Source: Ostreococcus lucimarinus | Lineage: Eukaryota | NCBI GenBank assembly: GCA_000092065.1 | Contig: CP000591.1 | Reading direction: 5' to 3' (one strand) | Length of the DNA stretch: 64,000 nt | Notes under the pieces: generated by a model | What the model was told of the DNA's origin: nothing | The model's input: the letters and a program-made list of their open reading frames with translations, nothing else | Databases searched by the model: none | Part shown: piece by piece, positions 49,841 through 58,589 of the stretch | Numbering within the stretch: position 1 is the first letter of the stretch | How the letters are laid out: each line of letters starts with the position of its first letter | Translations under genes and position numbers: made by a program

Positions 49841-51058
49841 ATGGCGACGCACGTCGGCGCGAACGCGCGCGTCGGAAGCGCGCGCGCGCCGGAGGCTTCG
49901 TATATGAAACCGCTGGCGCGCGCGCGAGGGGAGAGCGGCGAGAGCGGAGGGACGGAGGTCGGCGGCGGCGCGACGCTCGAGCGAGGATGGACGGGCGAAG
50001 CGCCGGCGACGCCGCGGGCGAGCTTCGTTCGGCGACGGGATTCGGCGCCCGTGCATCCGACCGCGGACGACGATGGCATCGATGGCGACGGTGACGGGTT
50101 CGTCGATGGCGAGGACGATGGTGAGGATCGGTCGAGTCGACCGACGCCGTCCGCGCCGCCCGCGCCGAGATCCGCGGGAGCGCGTCGGCGAGCGACGCCC
50201 GACGTCGCCGCGCCGATGTCGTGTCCGGCACCGTTGCCGCCGTGGGCGGACGCACGCGCGAGGCGAAAATTCACACTCGAAGCTTTGCCGAACGACGGCA
50301 CGCACGCGAGATGCCACGTGCTGCGCAAGCGCGGGCCGCTCGGCGTCTTTCCGACGTACGTGCTGTATTTGGACGGACGCGAGACCACGACGGCGACGCT
50401 GGGAGACGCGGTGCCCATCTTGGTCGCGCGAAAGCGTAAAAAGTCGAAGTGCACGCACTACGTCATCGGGGACGACGGCGCCGAGCGTGCGGTGAATGAG
50501 GCGCACGCCAGCTACGTGGGCAAGCTCAAGGCGAATTTCATCGGCACGCACTTCGAGTTGTTAGACTCCGGTGTCAGACCGCGCGCGTGGGGCGCGCCTC
50601 GACATCTCGACGACGAAGCTGACGACGAAGAGCAAGGGCCACCGCGTCGCGCGCTGGCGAACATTCGATACGCCGTCAACGTTCTGGGCGCCGGCGGTCC
50701 GCGCGCGCTCTCCGTGTCGCTCCTCGGCGACGACGTCGATGATCCGAACGCCGTCGCGCACGAGCTCGAAAGCGCGCGCCCGACCTGGAATCCATCCGCG
50801 CAGGCGTACGTCTTAAACTTCAACGGCCGAGTCACGCGTCCGAGCGTGAAAAACTTCCAACTGGTTTCCAGCGGGCTCGCCGCCGCGGGCGCGCCGTCCC
50901 GAGCCGACGCCGAGTCCCGCACTCTCACGCGCGGCGTCTTACAGTTCGGCCGCGTCGATGACGACCTATTCACTCTGGACTTTGCGCATCCCCTGAGCCC
51001 GCTCACCGCCTTCGCCGCGTGTCTCAGCGCGTTTGAATCCAAGTTCGCGCGCGAGTGA
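49841..51058 (+). CDS. TULP: Tubby-like protein (TULP), C-terminal tubby domain
   Basis: KFTLEALP…FPTYVLYLDG…NFQLV…VLQFGRVDDDLFTLDFAHPLSPLTAFAACLSAFESKFARE*, a canonical tubby C-terminus. ATG at 49841, with a TATA-like ctatttttaag 30 nt upstream. Confidence 0.85.
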   Translation: MATHVGANARVGSARAPEASYMKPLARARGESGESGGTEVGGGATLERGWTGEAPATPRASFVRRRDSAPVHPTADDDGIDGDGDGFVDGEDDGEDRSSRPTPSAPPAPRSAGARRRATPDVAAPMSCPAPLPPWADARARRKFTLEALPNDGTHARCHVLRKRGPLGVFPTYVLYLDGRETTTATLGDAVPILVARKRKKSKCTHYVIGDDGAERAVNEAHASYVGKLKANFIGTHFELLDSGVRPRAWGAPRHLDDEADDEEQGPPRRALANIRYAVNVLGAGGPRALSVSLLGDDVDDPNAVAHELESARPTWNPSAQAYVLNFNGRVTRPSVKNFQLVSSGLAAAGAPSRADAESRTLTRGVLQFGRVDDDLFTLDFAHPLSPLTAFAACLSAFESKFARE

Positions 51059-51068
51059 GAGAGCGCTC

Positions 51069-51566
51069 ATGCCGGAGCGTCCCGGGACATCGTTCAATCG
51101 CGCGCGCGCGCCTCCGGATATCGCCGACGCGGTCGCGGTCGAAGACGTCGTGCGCGTGACGTCGTGGCACGACTTCGACGGGGACGCGCGCGTCGCGCGG
51201 TCGACGATCGAGGGCGCTGGATACGGATTGTTCGCGCGGCGGCGGTTAGCGACGGGAGACGTCGTCGAGCGGGCGACGTATTCAGGCGATGTTTTGAGCT
51301 TGGCGGAGGCGTTGAAGCTCGGAGATGACGAGAAAGCGTACGTCATGGCGATGCATTTCAACGTGCACGTAGATGCGAGACGACATTATGGGTATTTGGC
51401 GCGGTACGTCAACGACGCCGAGGGGACGCCGTTTGAGACGAATGTGAAATTCGAAAAAGATGTGGCGCAACGTCGAGCGACGCTGCGCGCGGTGAAAGAC
51501 GTGGAAGTTGGGGAAGAGTTGTTCGCGGCTTACGGACGAGGTTACTGGCGCGCGAAAGTGGGGTAA
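51069..51566 (+). CDS. minimal SET-domain protein (lysine methyltransferase-like, vSET-sized)
   Basis: GYGLFARRRLATGDVV…YVNDAEGTPFETNVKF…EELFAAYGRGYW (SET motifs: GxG, NH/ND-like, ELxxxYG). The only upstream in-frame ATG is at 51069, 10 nt after the Tubby TGA. Confidence 0.7.
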   Translation: MPERPGTSFNRARAPPDIADAVAVEDVVRVTSWHDFDGDARVARSTIEGAGYGLFARRRLATGDVVERATYSGDVLSLAEALKLGDDEKAYVMAMHFNVHVDARRHYGYLARYVNDAEGTPFETNVKFEKDVAQRRATLRAVKDVEVGEELFAAYGRGYWRAKVG

Positions 51567-51646
51567 TAAATATGAATTCTTTCGATGACAAAACAATCAA
51601 CGCGGCGCTCCTAATAAAATACTAACTCGCGAAAAGCGGGTGAGAT

Positions 51647-54001
51647 TCAAACCATAACCATGTCGTCGGGCTTCACGACGCTTGAACGTTCCTTCTCGTC
51701 TTCCTGTGCTTGTGCCTTCCACATGGCGGCGTACATGCCAATCTTTGTGCCGCGACTCGTACCGTCGAGCAACTCGGCGTGCGTGCCTTCCTCGACAATT
51801 CTACCTTGTTCCATGACGATGATGCGATCGCAAGATCGAACGGTGGAAAGACGATGAGCGACGAAAACCGCAGTACGACCGCGAGCCACGTCTTCGAGAC
51901 TCTCTAAGATGCCTTGTTCGGTCGCGGTGTCCAACGCGCTCGTCGCTTCATCGGCGACTAGCATGCGCGGTTCGCGCAAAAACGCGCGCGCGATGGCCAC
52001 ACGTTGCTTTTCGCCACCGCTTAGCTTCACACCACGCTCTCCAACCATTGTTTCTCGCCCCTTGGGCATCTGTTCGATCGTCTTGTTCAAGCGCGCGCGC
52101 GTCGCCGCCATGGCCACCTCGTCGTCATTCGCCGTCGGTCTGCCGTAGCGAATGTTGTGGTCCAGCGTGTCGTTGAAGAGCACGGTATCTTGAGGGACCA
52201 CGGCGACGGAGTCACGAAGAGAATCGATCTTCAAGTCACGCACATCGTAGCCATCGATGGAAATTTTCCCGCTCGATACGTCGTACACGCGCAAAATGAG
52301 TCGGAGCAAGGTGCTCTTCCCAGAGCCGCTCGGGCCGACGATGCCGACGGATTCACCCGGCTTGAGTTTCAAAGAGACGCCTTTGAGAACGTCGCGACCG
52401 TTGCCGTATCGGAACGTCACGTTATCTAGCTCGAGATCTGCACCGCCCGCGTGCGCGGGCAAGGCGATTTCACCGTCGGGGATTTTCGTTTCCGTCGCCA
52501 TGATGTCGAACATTGCCTCCATGTCGACGAGCGACTGACGCAATTCTCGATAGAAGAAACCCAAAAACTGCAGAGGCGCCCAAAGCTGAAGTAAAAGTCC
52601 GTTTGCCATGACCAAGTCACCCACACGAGACGCCAATCCACCCGCAGGATCTACTTTCCACAGCCCCAACGCCGCGCACGATAAAATTGTCGTCATCCCA
52701 CATGCCAAAATAACCGCCTGCCCGGCGTTCAAAAGACTCGACGCTCGCTCGCTTCCGAGCGCAGCTTCGTGGTAGCCGCGCAGGAGTTTGTCGTACTGCT
52801 GACTTTCTAACTCTACGTTCCCGAAGAACGTCACCGTTTCGTAGTTCAACAGCGCGTCCACCGCCTTGCCGGTGGATAAACCGTCCATGTGATTGGCCAA
52901 CTTTCTCTTCTCCGCGCTCACGCCCGTCATGTGCATCGTCCACCACACGTACGCCACGAACGTGGTCAAGACGATGACGACAAAGTGCCAAGAAAACGCG
53001 TGCCAAAGCAACCCGCACACCAGCGCGAGCTCCATCGCGGTCGGTAAAAAGGTAAACACCACGGCGCGAAACACCATGCTCACCGACCGCGTGCCGCGAT
53101 CGATGATTCTCTGCAGCGCCCCCGTGCGTCGCTCGAGGTGAAAGCTCAAATCTAAGTTTAACACGTGATTAAACACCTCCAACGCCACCCTGCGTCCCGA
53201 AGCTTGCGCCACTGGGGTAAACATCACCGTCCTCAGCTCCGTGGCGACGCCGCTAATCGCCTTCAAGCACCCCGAAACCAACAACGCCGCCGCCGCCGCC
53301 TTGGCCGCTTCCGTCGCCACCATCCCCGTCGCCGCCGCCGCCGCCGTACAATGATCTACCGCAACCTTAAAAAGCACCGGCACCGCCAATCCAAAGCTCT
53401 TCTGAATCACTAAAAACGTCAAAGCCGCGCACAACCGCCAAGCCGTGCCCCTCCGCGACAGCGACACCGCGAAAAGATACGGCAGCACATCCCTCAGATC
53501 GCTCGTTCGCGGCGGCGGCGGGATCGGTCCGTCCAGACTCACGTCCCCGGCGCGAAAATACGCGTTTTCATCGCCGCTCTCGCGCGCGGGCATCGCCATC
53601 GCGGCCGCCGCGTTCGCCTTCGTCCGCGCGGATAAGCGTCCCGCGCCGCCGCGCCGTCCCGGTCCCACCGCGATCGCCCGCGTCGTCGTCCGCGCGCTCG
53701 CGCGCGACGAAACGCGCGCCCGCGCGCCGTCGGTCCCGTCCACGGCGCGCGTCGCGCGCGTCGTCGCGTCGGGCGCGCGCCGCGCGACGGCGAAACCGCG
53801 TCGACGTGGCAGCGGCGATTCCGTCGTCGCGTCGCGCGCGCGCGCGGACGCGCCGTCGGCGCGCGCGCGCGCGGCGACGCGCGCGGCGACCATCATCGCG
53901 CGCGTTTCGGCCGTCGGCGACGACGCGCGCGGCGGTGTGAAGACGCGGCTTCGCGCGGCGTTTTCGCATTTCGACGCATTTCGACGCATTTCGCGCGACA
54001 T
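51647..54001 (-). CDS. ABCB7: ABC transporter, ATM1/ABCB7-type mitochondrial half-transporter
   Basis: Six-TM domain, then an NBD: GPSGSGKSTLLRL (Walker A), LSGGEKQRVAIARA (signature) and ILVADEATSALD (Walker B). The start is uncertain; the first ATG after the Arg-rich leader is about 54001. Confidence 0.85.
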   Translation of the reverse strand: MSREMRRNASKCENAARSRVFTPPRASSPTAETRAMMVAARVAARARADGASARARDATTESPLPRRRGFAVARRAPDATTRATRAVDGTDGARARVSSRASARTTTRAIAVGPGRRGGAGRLSARTKANAAAAMAMPARESGDENAYFRAGDVSLDGPIPPPPRTSDLRDVLPYLFAVSLSRRGTAWRLCAALTFLVIQKSFGLAVPVLFKVAVDHCTAAAAATGMVATEAAKAAAAALLVSGCLKAISGVATELRTVMFTPVAQASGRRVALEVFNHVLNLDLSFHLERRTGALQRIIDRGTRSVSMVFRAVVFTFLPTAMELALVCGLLWHAFSWHFVVIVLTTFVAYVWWTMHMTGVSAEKRKLANHMDGLSTGKAVDALLNYETVTFFGNVELESQQYDKLLRGYHEAALGSERASSLLNAGQAVILACGMTTILSCAALGLWKVDPAGGLASRVGDLVMANGLLLQLWAPLQFLGFFYRELRQSLVDMEAMFDIMATETKIPDGEIALPAHAGGADLELDNVTFRYGNGRDVLKGVSLKLKPGESVGIVGPSGSGKSTLLRLILRVYDVSSGKISIDGYDVRDLKIDSLRDSVAVVPQDTVLFNDTLDHNIRYGRPTANDDEVAMAATRARLNKTIEQMPKGRETMVGERGVKLSGGEKQRVAIARAFLREPRMLVADEATSALDTATEQGILESLEDVARGRTAVFVAHRLSTVRSCDRIIVMEQGRIVEEGTHAELLDGTSRGTKIGMYAAMWKAQAQEDEKERSSVVKPDDMVMV

Positions 54002-54439
54002 TTCAAGACGCCGACGCGTCGAACGCGCCGCTCGCCGCGCGTCGCGCTCGGACGGCGCGCTCTGTCGCGCGTCGCGCTCGGGCGCCGACGCCGAGGGCGC
54101 GCGCGCGCGCGCGCGCGGCGGACGAGAGGAAAAGCGCGAGCGCGAGACGCGCGGCGGTTTCGTGAATCGACGCGAAAATACGAAATGACGACGCGCGTCG
54201 CGGTCATCGCGGCGCGGGTCGCGCGTCAGGGAGGCGTGACGCCTTCGTCGTCGATCAGGGCGTGCGCGAGCGGACGACAGGCGTGGGCGACGCGCGGAGG
54301 GCTGGGAATGAGCGGAGGGCAAACCTGGACGGCGAACGGCGCCGTCGCGTCGCCGGCGGCGCGACGACGGACGGGACGGCAGAACGCGACGACGACGCGC
54401 GCGCTGGGAGAGCGAGGGAAGGAAAGTCGCGGTGAAAGG

Positions 54440-56104
54440 ATGGCGATGAAGTCGTCGAAGAGCGCGACGCACGTGTCGAACTTGAACGCGGCGGCGACGC
54501 AAGAGTTGAAGCATTGGTCAACGACGAACGAAGCCGAACGAGCGGAACGCGCCGCCACAAAGGTGTTTTGCAATCGAAGTCTGAACATGAAACGAATCAA
54601 CGCGATTGGATTCGACATGGACTACACGTTGGCCATGTACAAGCCGGAGACGTTCGAGATGATGTCGTATTCAGAGACTAAAAAAAAGCTGGTCGAGTCG
54701 TACAACTACCCGCGCGCGTTGCTCGAGTCGTTCGAGTTCGATCCGGATTACATGGTGCGCGGGTTGGTGGTGGATAAGAAGAGAGGGAACGTTTTAAAGA
54801 TGGATCGACACAACTATGTCAAGGTGGCGTATCACGGATTCACGGCTTTAGACACCGATGAACGGTTGGCGACGTATTGCGAGACGAGCAAGCGTCAAAG
54901 TTTTGACGGTCCCGAATTTAGCGCTTTAGACACATTATTTTCCATGGGCGAGGCCTACCTGTTCAGCCAGCTCGTGGAGGCGAAAGATTCGGGCAAGCAT
55001 GGCGAGTTTTTTGAGAGAAAGACATTCATGCAAATGTACGACGAGATACGAGCGGCGGTTGACTTGTGTCACAGAGACGGCTCGTTGAAGCACGCCGTGG
55101 CGGAAAATCCGAGCAAGTACATCACGAAGGACGCAGACTTGGTTCCTTTGCTAAAGGCTTTGCGAGCGAGCGGGAAACAAGTGTTTTTGCTTACGAACTC
55201 TCTGTGGGATTACACAAACGTCGTCATGAATTATCTCATCGACGACAACGTTGGCGACCAAAAAAAACTCGAATGGCTCAACTTGTTTGACGTCGTTGTG
55301 ACTGGCTCGGCGAAACCGGGCTTCTTCGCTAACGATTCGGCGACGATATTCGAAGTCGACACCGCGACTGGGCTTTTGCACAACACCGACAACGGCGCAC
55401 CATTGACTCCAATCGGCAGCGTGTCGGATTCGACGCACAAACGAGCGCTCGCGAGTGGGTTGCGCGCCACGGGCAAAGGTCCGGCGAGGGTGTACCAAGG
55501 CGGTTCGTACACGCACCTTCACGCCATGCTCGGCATTGAGATTGGCTCGAGATTGCTTTACGTCGGCGACCACATTTATGGCGATATTTTGCGAGCGAAG
55601 AAAGAGATTGATTGGCGCACGATGCTCGTCGTCCCCGAACTCGCGCACGAAATCGACTGCCTGGAACGCATGAAGGAAAAACCGCACGCGCTCAGGCGTT
55701 TGCGCACGCTGCGCGATTCTTTGGACGATCAAGTCGCGCGTCACGCCTGGCTCGCGGCGAACGCCGCCGACCCGAAAGCAAACGAAGAGGAGTTAGAACG
55801 CGCGAGACAACTGTCGGCGACGGCGCGCACCGCGCATCGCGAGGGTATGCGCGAGTATCACAAGTCGTTTCACTATGTCTGGGGTCAACTCATGAAGGCT
55901 GGGTCGCAGAACTCTCGTTTCGCGTTTCAAGTTGAGCGGTACGCGTGCCTGTACACGTCGCACGTGAGGAATCTGTGGGGCTACTCGCCCGAGAAGGTTT
56001 TCCGCGCCCCCGCTGACTTTTCGCCGCACGACTTGGACACGGACTACGACTTTCACGACTTTGACGCCGCGGTTTTGGACGACCCATCGTCCATGACTTC
56101 TTAA
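54440..56104 (+). CDS. NT5C2: cytosolic purine 5'-nucleotidase (NT5C2/HAD-IG family)
   Basis: VFCNRSLNMKRINAIGFDMDYTLAMYKPETFE, LYVGDHIYGDILRAKKEIDWRTMLVVPEL and an acidic C-terminus, near-collinear with animal NT5C2. First ATG at 54440. Confidence 0.85.
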   Translation: MAMKSSKSATHVSNLNAAATQELKHWSTTNEAERAERAATKVFCNRSLNMKRINAIGFDMDYTLAMYKPETFEMMSYSETKKKLVESYNYPRALLESFEFDPDYMVRGLVVDKKRGNVLKMDRHNYVKVAYHGFTALDTDERLATYCETSKRQSFDGPEFSALDTLFSMGEAYLFSQLVEAKDSGKHGEFFERKTFMQMYDEIRAAVDLCHRDGSLKHAVAENPSKYITKDADLVPLLKALRASGKQVFLLTNSLWDYTNVVMNYLIDDNVGDQKKLEWLNLFDVVVTGSAKPGFFANDSATIFEVDTATGLLHNTDNGAPLTPIGSVSDSTHKRALASGLRATGKGPARVYQGGSYTHLHAMLGIEIGSRLLYVGDHIYGDILRAKKEIDWRTMLVVPELAHEIDCLERMKEKPHALRRLRTLRDSLDDQVARHAWLAANAADPKANEEELERARQLSATARTAHREGMREYHKSFHYVWGQLMKAGSQNSRFAFQVERYACLYTSHVRNLWGYSPEKVFRAPADFSPHDLDTDYDFHDFDAAVLDDPSSMTS

Positions 56105-56168
56105 ATTCGTTCGTTCGGCGCGAAATTGTTGTTGTATTACGTACATATTAATATCACATCGTTCGAGT

Positions 56169-57185
56169 TCATCGACGAATCTTCACCTTGAGCACGCGAT
56201 CGTCGCCCTCGTCGTCGTCGTCGACGTCCACCGCGATCGCGCGCGCGAGATACCCATCCATGTGTTCGATCAACTCGACGCCGACTTTACACGCGAGCTT
56301 GCGCATTGCCTGCGCCGTGCCTCGATCAAGACTCTCCCCTCCCGCGCCAAACTCGGCACAAATCGTCCCTTCACGATCGACACCGACGCTCATCGTCGCC
56401 TCCGAACACGCCGTCTCCTCCTCCGTCGCGTCCACGACGCCGTGTCTTCCAATCTTCGTCGTCGTCACCACCACGCCGCACCTCGACACGTCCACGCGCG
56501 AGCACGCCTCGGGATCGTCATCAATCTCCAACTCCCCGCCCGCACCATCCTCACCCACGCCCGCGACCGTGACTTTCGGAATCTTCGTATCCGCCAACGC
56601 CGCTCGCACGCCCACGCTCAGCGCATCCAACATCGACCCTCGATCGCACGCGCACGCGCAGTCCACCGTCAGCGTCCACCGCGCTCGCCCCGGTTTCACG
56701 CACAACGATTTCAAATCGATCCCGAACTGCTCTCGCTTCCCCATCCCTCGCGCGATCGCCCCATCTTCATCTCCCGCTTCCTCTCCCTCGCGTCTCCGCA
56801 CCGCTTCGCGTCCGATGAGCACGGATTCCAACGCTCGCGCGTACGTCGCCCCCAGGTTTTCCGCCGCCTCCTCCCGCGCGCGTTCGTTCCCTCCCTCCCG
56901 CGTCTTCACCGTCGCGCTCGCGTCCACGCGCACGACCACGCGTCCGCAATCCTGATCATCGTCGCTCTCTCGCACCGCCGTCACGTCCGCGCGCACCGCG
57001 ACGACGCACCGCGTCGCGTTCGCGCCGTCCCCCAGCGCCACCGCCGCGCTTCCGCTCGCGCTCGGCACCGCGCGCAGCGTCACGGCGCACGCGCGGTGGT
57101 CGTCCAGCGCGCGTCCGTCGTTTCGCGCGCGCGCCGCGACGCCCGCGACGACGTACGCGCGCTCGGCGCGCGACACCGTCGCCAT
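56169..57185 (-). CDS. exosome complex RNase PH-like (non-catalytic) subunit
   Basis: RNDGRALDDHRACAV...ALGDGANATRCVV...LDGSMLDALSVGVRAAL fits the RNase PH domain I/II pattern. First ATG at 57185. Confidence 0.55.
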   Translation of the reverse strand: MATVSRAERAYVVAGVAARARNDGRALDDHRACAVTLRAVPSASGSAAVALGDGANATRCVVAVRADVTAVRESDDDQDCGRVVVRVDASATVKTREGGNERAREEAAENLGATYARALESVLIGREAVRRREGEEAGDEDGAIARGMGKREQFGIDLKSLCVKPGRARWTLTVDCACACDRGSMLDALSVGVRAALADTKIPKVTVAGVGEDGAGGELEIDDDPEACSRVDVSRCGVVVTTTKIGRHGVVDATEEETACSEATMSVGVDREGTICAEFGAGGESLDRGTAQAMRKLACKVGVELIEHMDGYLARAIAVDVDDDDEGDDRVLKVKIRR

Positions 57186-57364
57186 TCGTCGCGTCGCGCG
57201 ATGGCGTCGAATCCGATCGCGACGACGAATCTGCACTCGGTGACGCGTCGCGACGCGCGCGAACGCCCGCGCGACGCGACGCGGGACGCGAAAAGCGCGC
57301 GCGCGGTCGACGCCGTCGAGGCGCGCGCGCGCGACGAAAGGCGCGACGAGAGGCGCCGATCGAC

Positions 57365-57538
57365 ATGATGCTGCAGCGACCGCCGAATCGCGACCGAACG
57401 CGCGAATTCGCCGCCGTCGCGGACCGCGTGCGGAAGACGATGGGCGCGAGCGCGAGCGCGGACGATCGGACGTCGACCGTGGGCGCGGAGGGGGCGAAGA
57501 CGGCGGCGGGGGGAGGGAACGCGAGCGATTTCGCCAAG
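57365..57538 (+). CDS. STX5: syntaxin-5 (SYP3/Sed5) exon 1 with the DRTxEF Sly1-binding N-peptide
   Basis: MMLQRPPNRDRTREF...SDFAK. GT donor at 57539 (aag|gtgcgc). Confidence 0.7.
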
Positions 57539-57669
57539 GTGCGCTCGATCGTTTATTCGAGCGCGAACGCGCGACGAAGGACGACGCGGCGACGACGCGC
57601 GCGGACGAGCGTTTCGAGGACGCGCGACTGACGACGAACGCGTGAACGATGGGTCGCGACGCGAATCAG
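57539..57669 (+). other. spliceosomal intron, 131 nt, phase 0, with a CTGAC motif
   Basis: gtgcgctcg...gcgcgactgacgacgaacg...gaatcag|atggcg. The spliced product …SDFAK|MASAIGHGIHRTSLKLERLNQLAK aligns with plant SYP31 (SEFNKKASRIGLGIKETSQKITRLAKLAK). Confidence 0.7.
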
Positions 57670-58515
57670 ATGGCGTCGGCGATCGGGCACGGAATTCATC
57701 GAACGTCGCTGAAGCTCGAACGGCTCAATCAGCTCGCGAAGTCGTCGTCGCTGTACGACGATAAATCGAGAGAGATAGCGGAGACGAGCGCGGTGATCAA
57801 GCTGGACATTCAAGCGCTGAATGAATCCATAGTTGAACTGCAGGGCGCGGCGGCGAGGACGCGAGAGCGAGGGGAGGCGAATAAGTCGGCGAGCGATCAC
57901 AGCGTCACGGTGGTGGATACGTTGAAGAATCGACTGGCGACGGCGACGAAGACGTTTAAGGAGACATTGACGACGAGACAGGCGAACATCAAGGCTGGAG
58001 AAGAACGAAGGGCGATGTTTGGCGCGAGCGCGGGACCGAGCGCGTTCGATGGTGGGTTGGACTACCTCGGCGACGACGCGTTTTCGCGCGCCATGCGAGA
58101 AGGCGCGAGCGGATTCGGCAACTTGCAGGGGAACGCGAACGCGTTCGTGCCGCGCCCGAGCGCGCCGGGCGCAGGCGTTTCTGGGGCGCCGATGATGCAA
58201 ACGCAAGGTCAAATGCAGCTTTACAATCAAAACACCGCCTACGCCGATTCGCGGCAGGAGGCTTTGCAAAACGTCGAGCGCACCATCACCGAGCTCGGCG
58301 GCATTTTCCAGCAGCTCGCCACCATGGTGAGCGAACAGGGCGAACTCGCCATTCGCATCGACGAAAACGTCGACGACACCCTGGCCAACGTCGACAGCGC
58401 GCAAACGCAGCTGTTAAAGTATTTGAACACGGTGAGCAGCAACCGGTGGCTGATTCTAAAAATCTTCGCCGTGTTGATCTCCTTCTTTAGCTTCTTCATA
58501 GTCTTCATCGCGTGA
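57670..58515 (+). CDS. STX5: syntaxin-5 exon 2: Habc, SNARE motif, C-terminal TM
   Basis: QEALQNVERTITELGGIFQQLATMVSEQGELAIRIDENVDDTLANVDSAQTQLLKYLNTVSSNRWLILKIFAVLISFF is near-identical in pattern to the SYP31/32 SNARE domain. Confidence 0.85.
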   Translation: MASAIGHGIHRTSLKLERLNQLAKSSSLYDDKSREIAETSAVIKLDIQALNESIVELQGAAARTRERGEANKSASDHSVTVVDTLKNRLATATKTFKETLTTRQANIKAGEERRAMFGASAGPSAFDGGLDYLGDDAFSRAMREGASGFGNLQGNANAFVPRPSAPGAGVSGAPMMQTQGQMQLYNQNTAYADSRQEALQNVERTITELGGIFQQLATMVSEQGELAIRIDENVDDTLANVDSAQTQLLKYLNTVSSNRWLILKIFAVLISFFSFFIVFIA

Positions 58516-58589
58516 GCGAAACGAAACATTGTCATAATTCATTCCCCGCCTCCGCAAGCGTTGTCCGCGCGTCGTTCGCCGTCGTATCG

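Noticed and set aside
31186-57669. Possibility that the 131/132-nt introns are copies of one 'introner element'
   Set aside because: By eye the two sequences share only GC-rich composition, a GTGCG donor and a CTGAC branch motif. I do not claim this without an alignment search.
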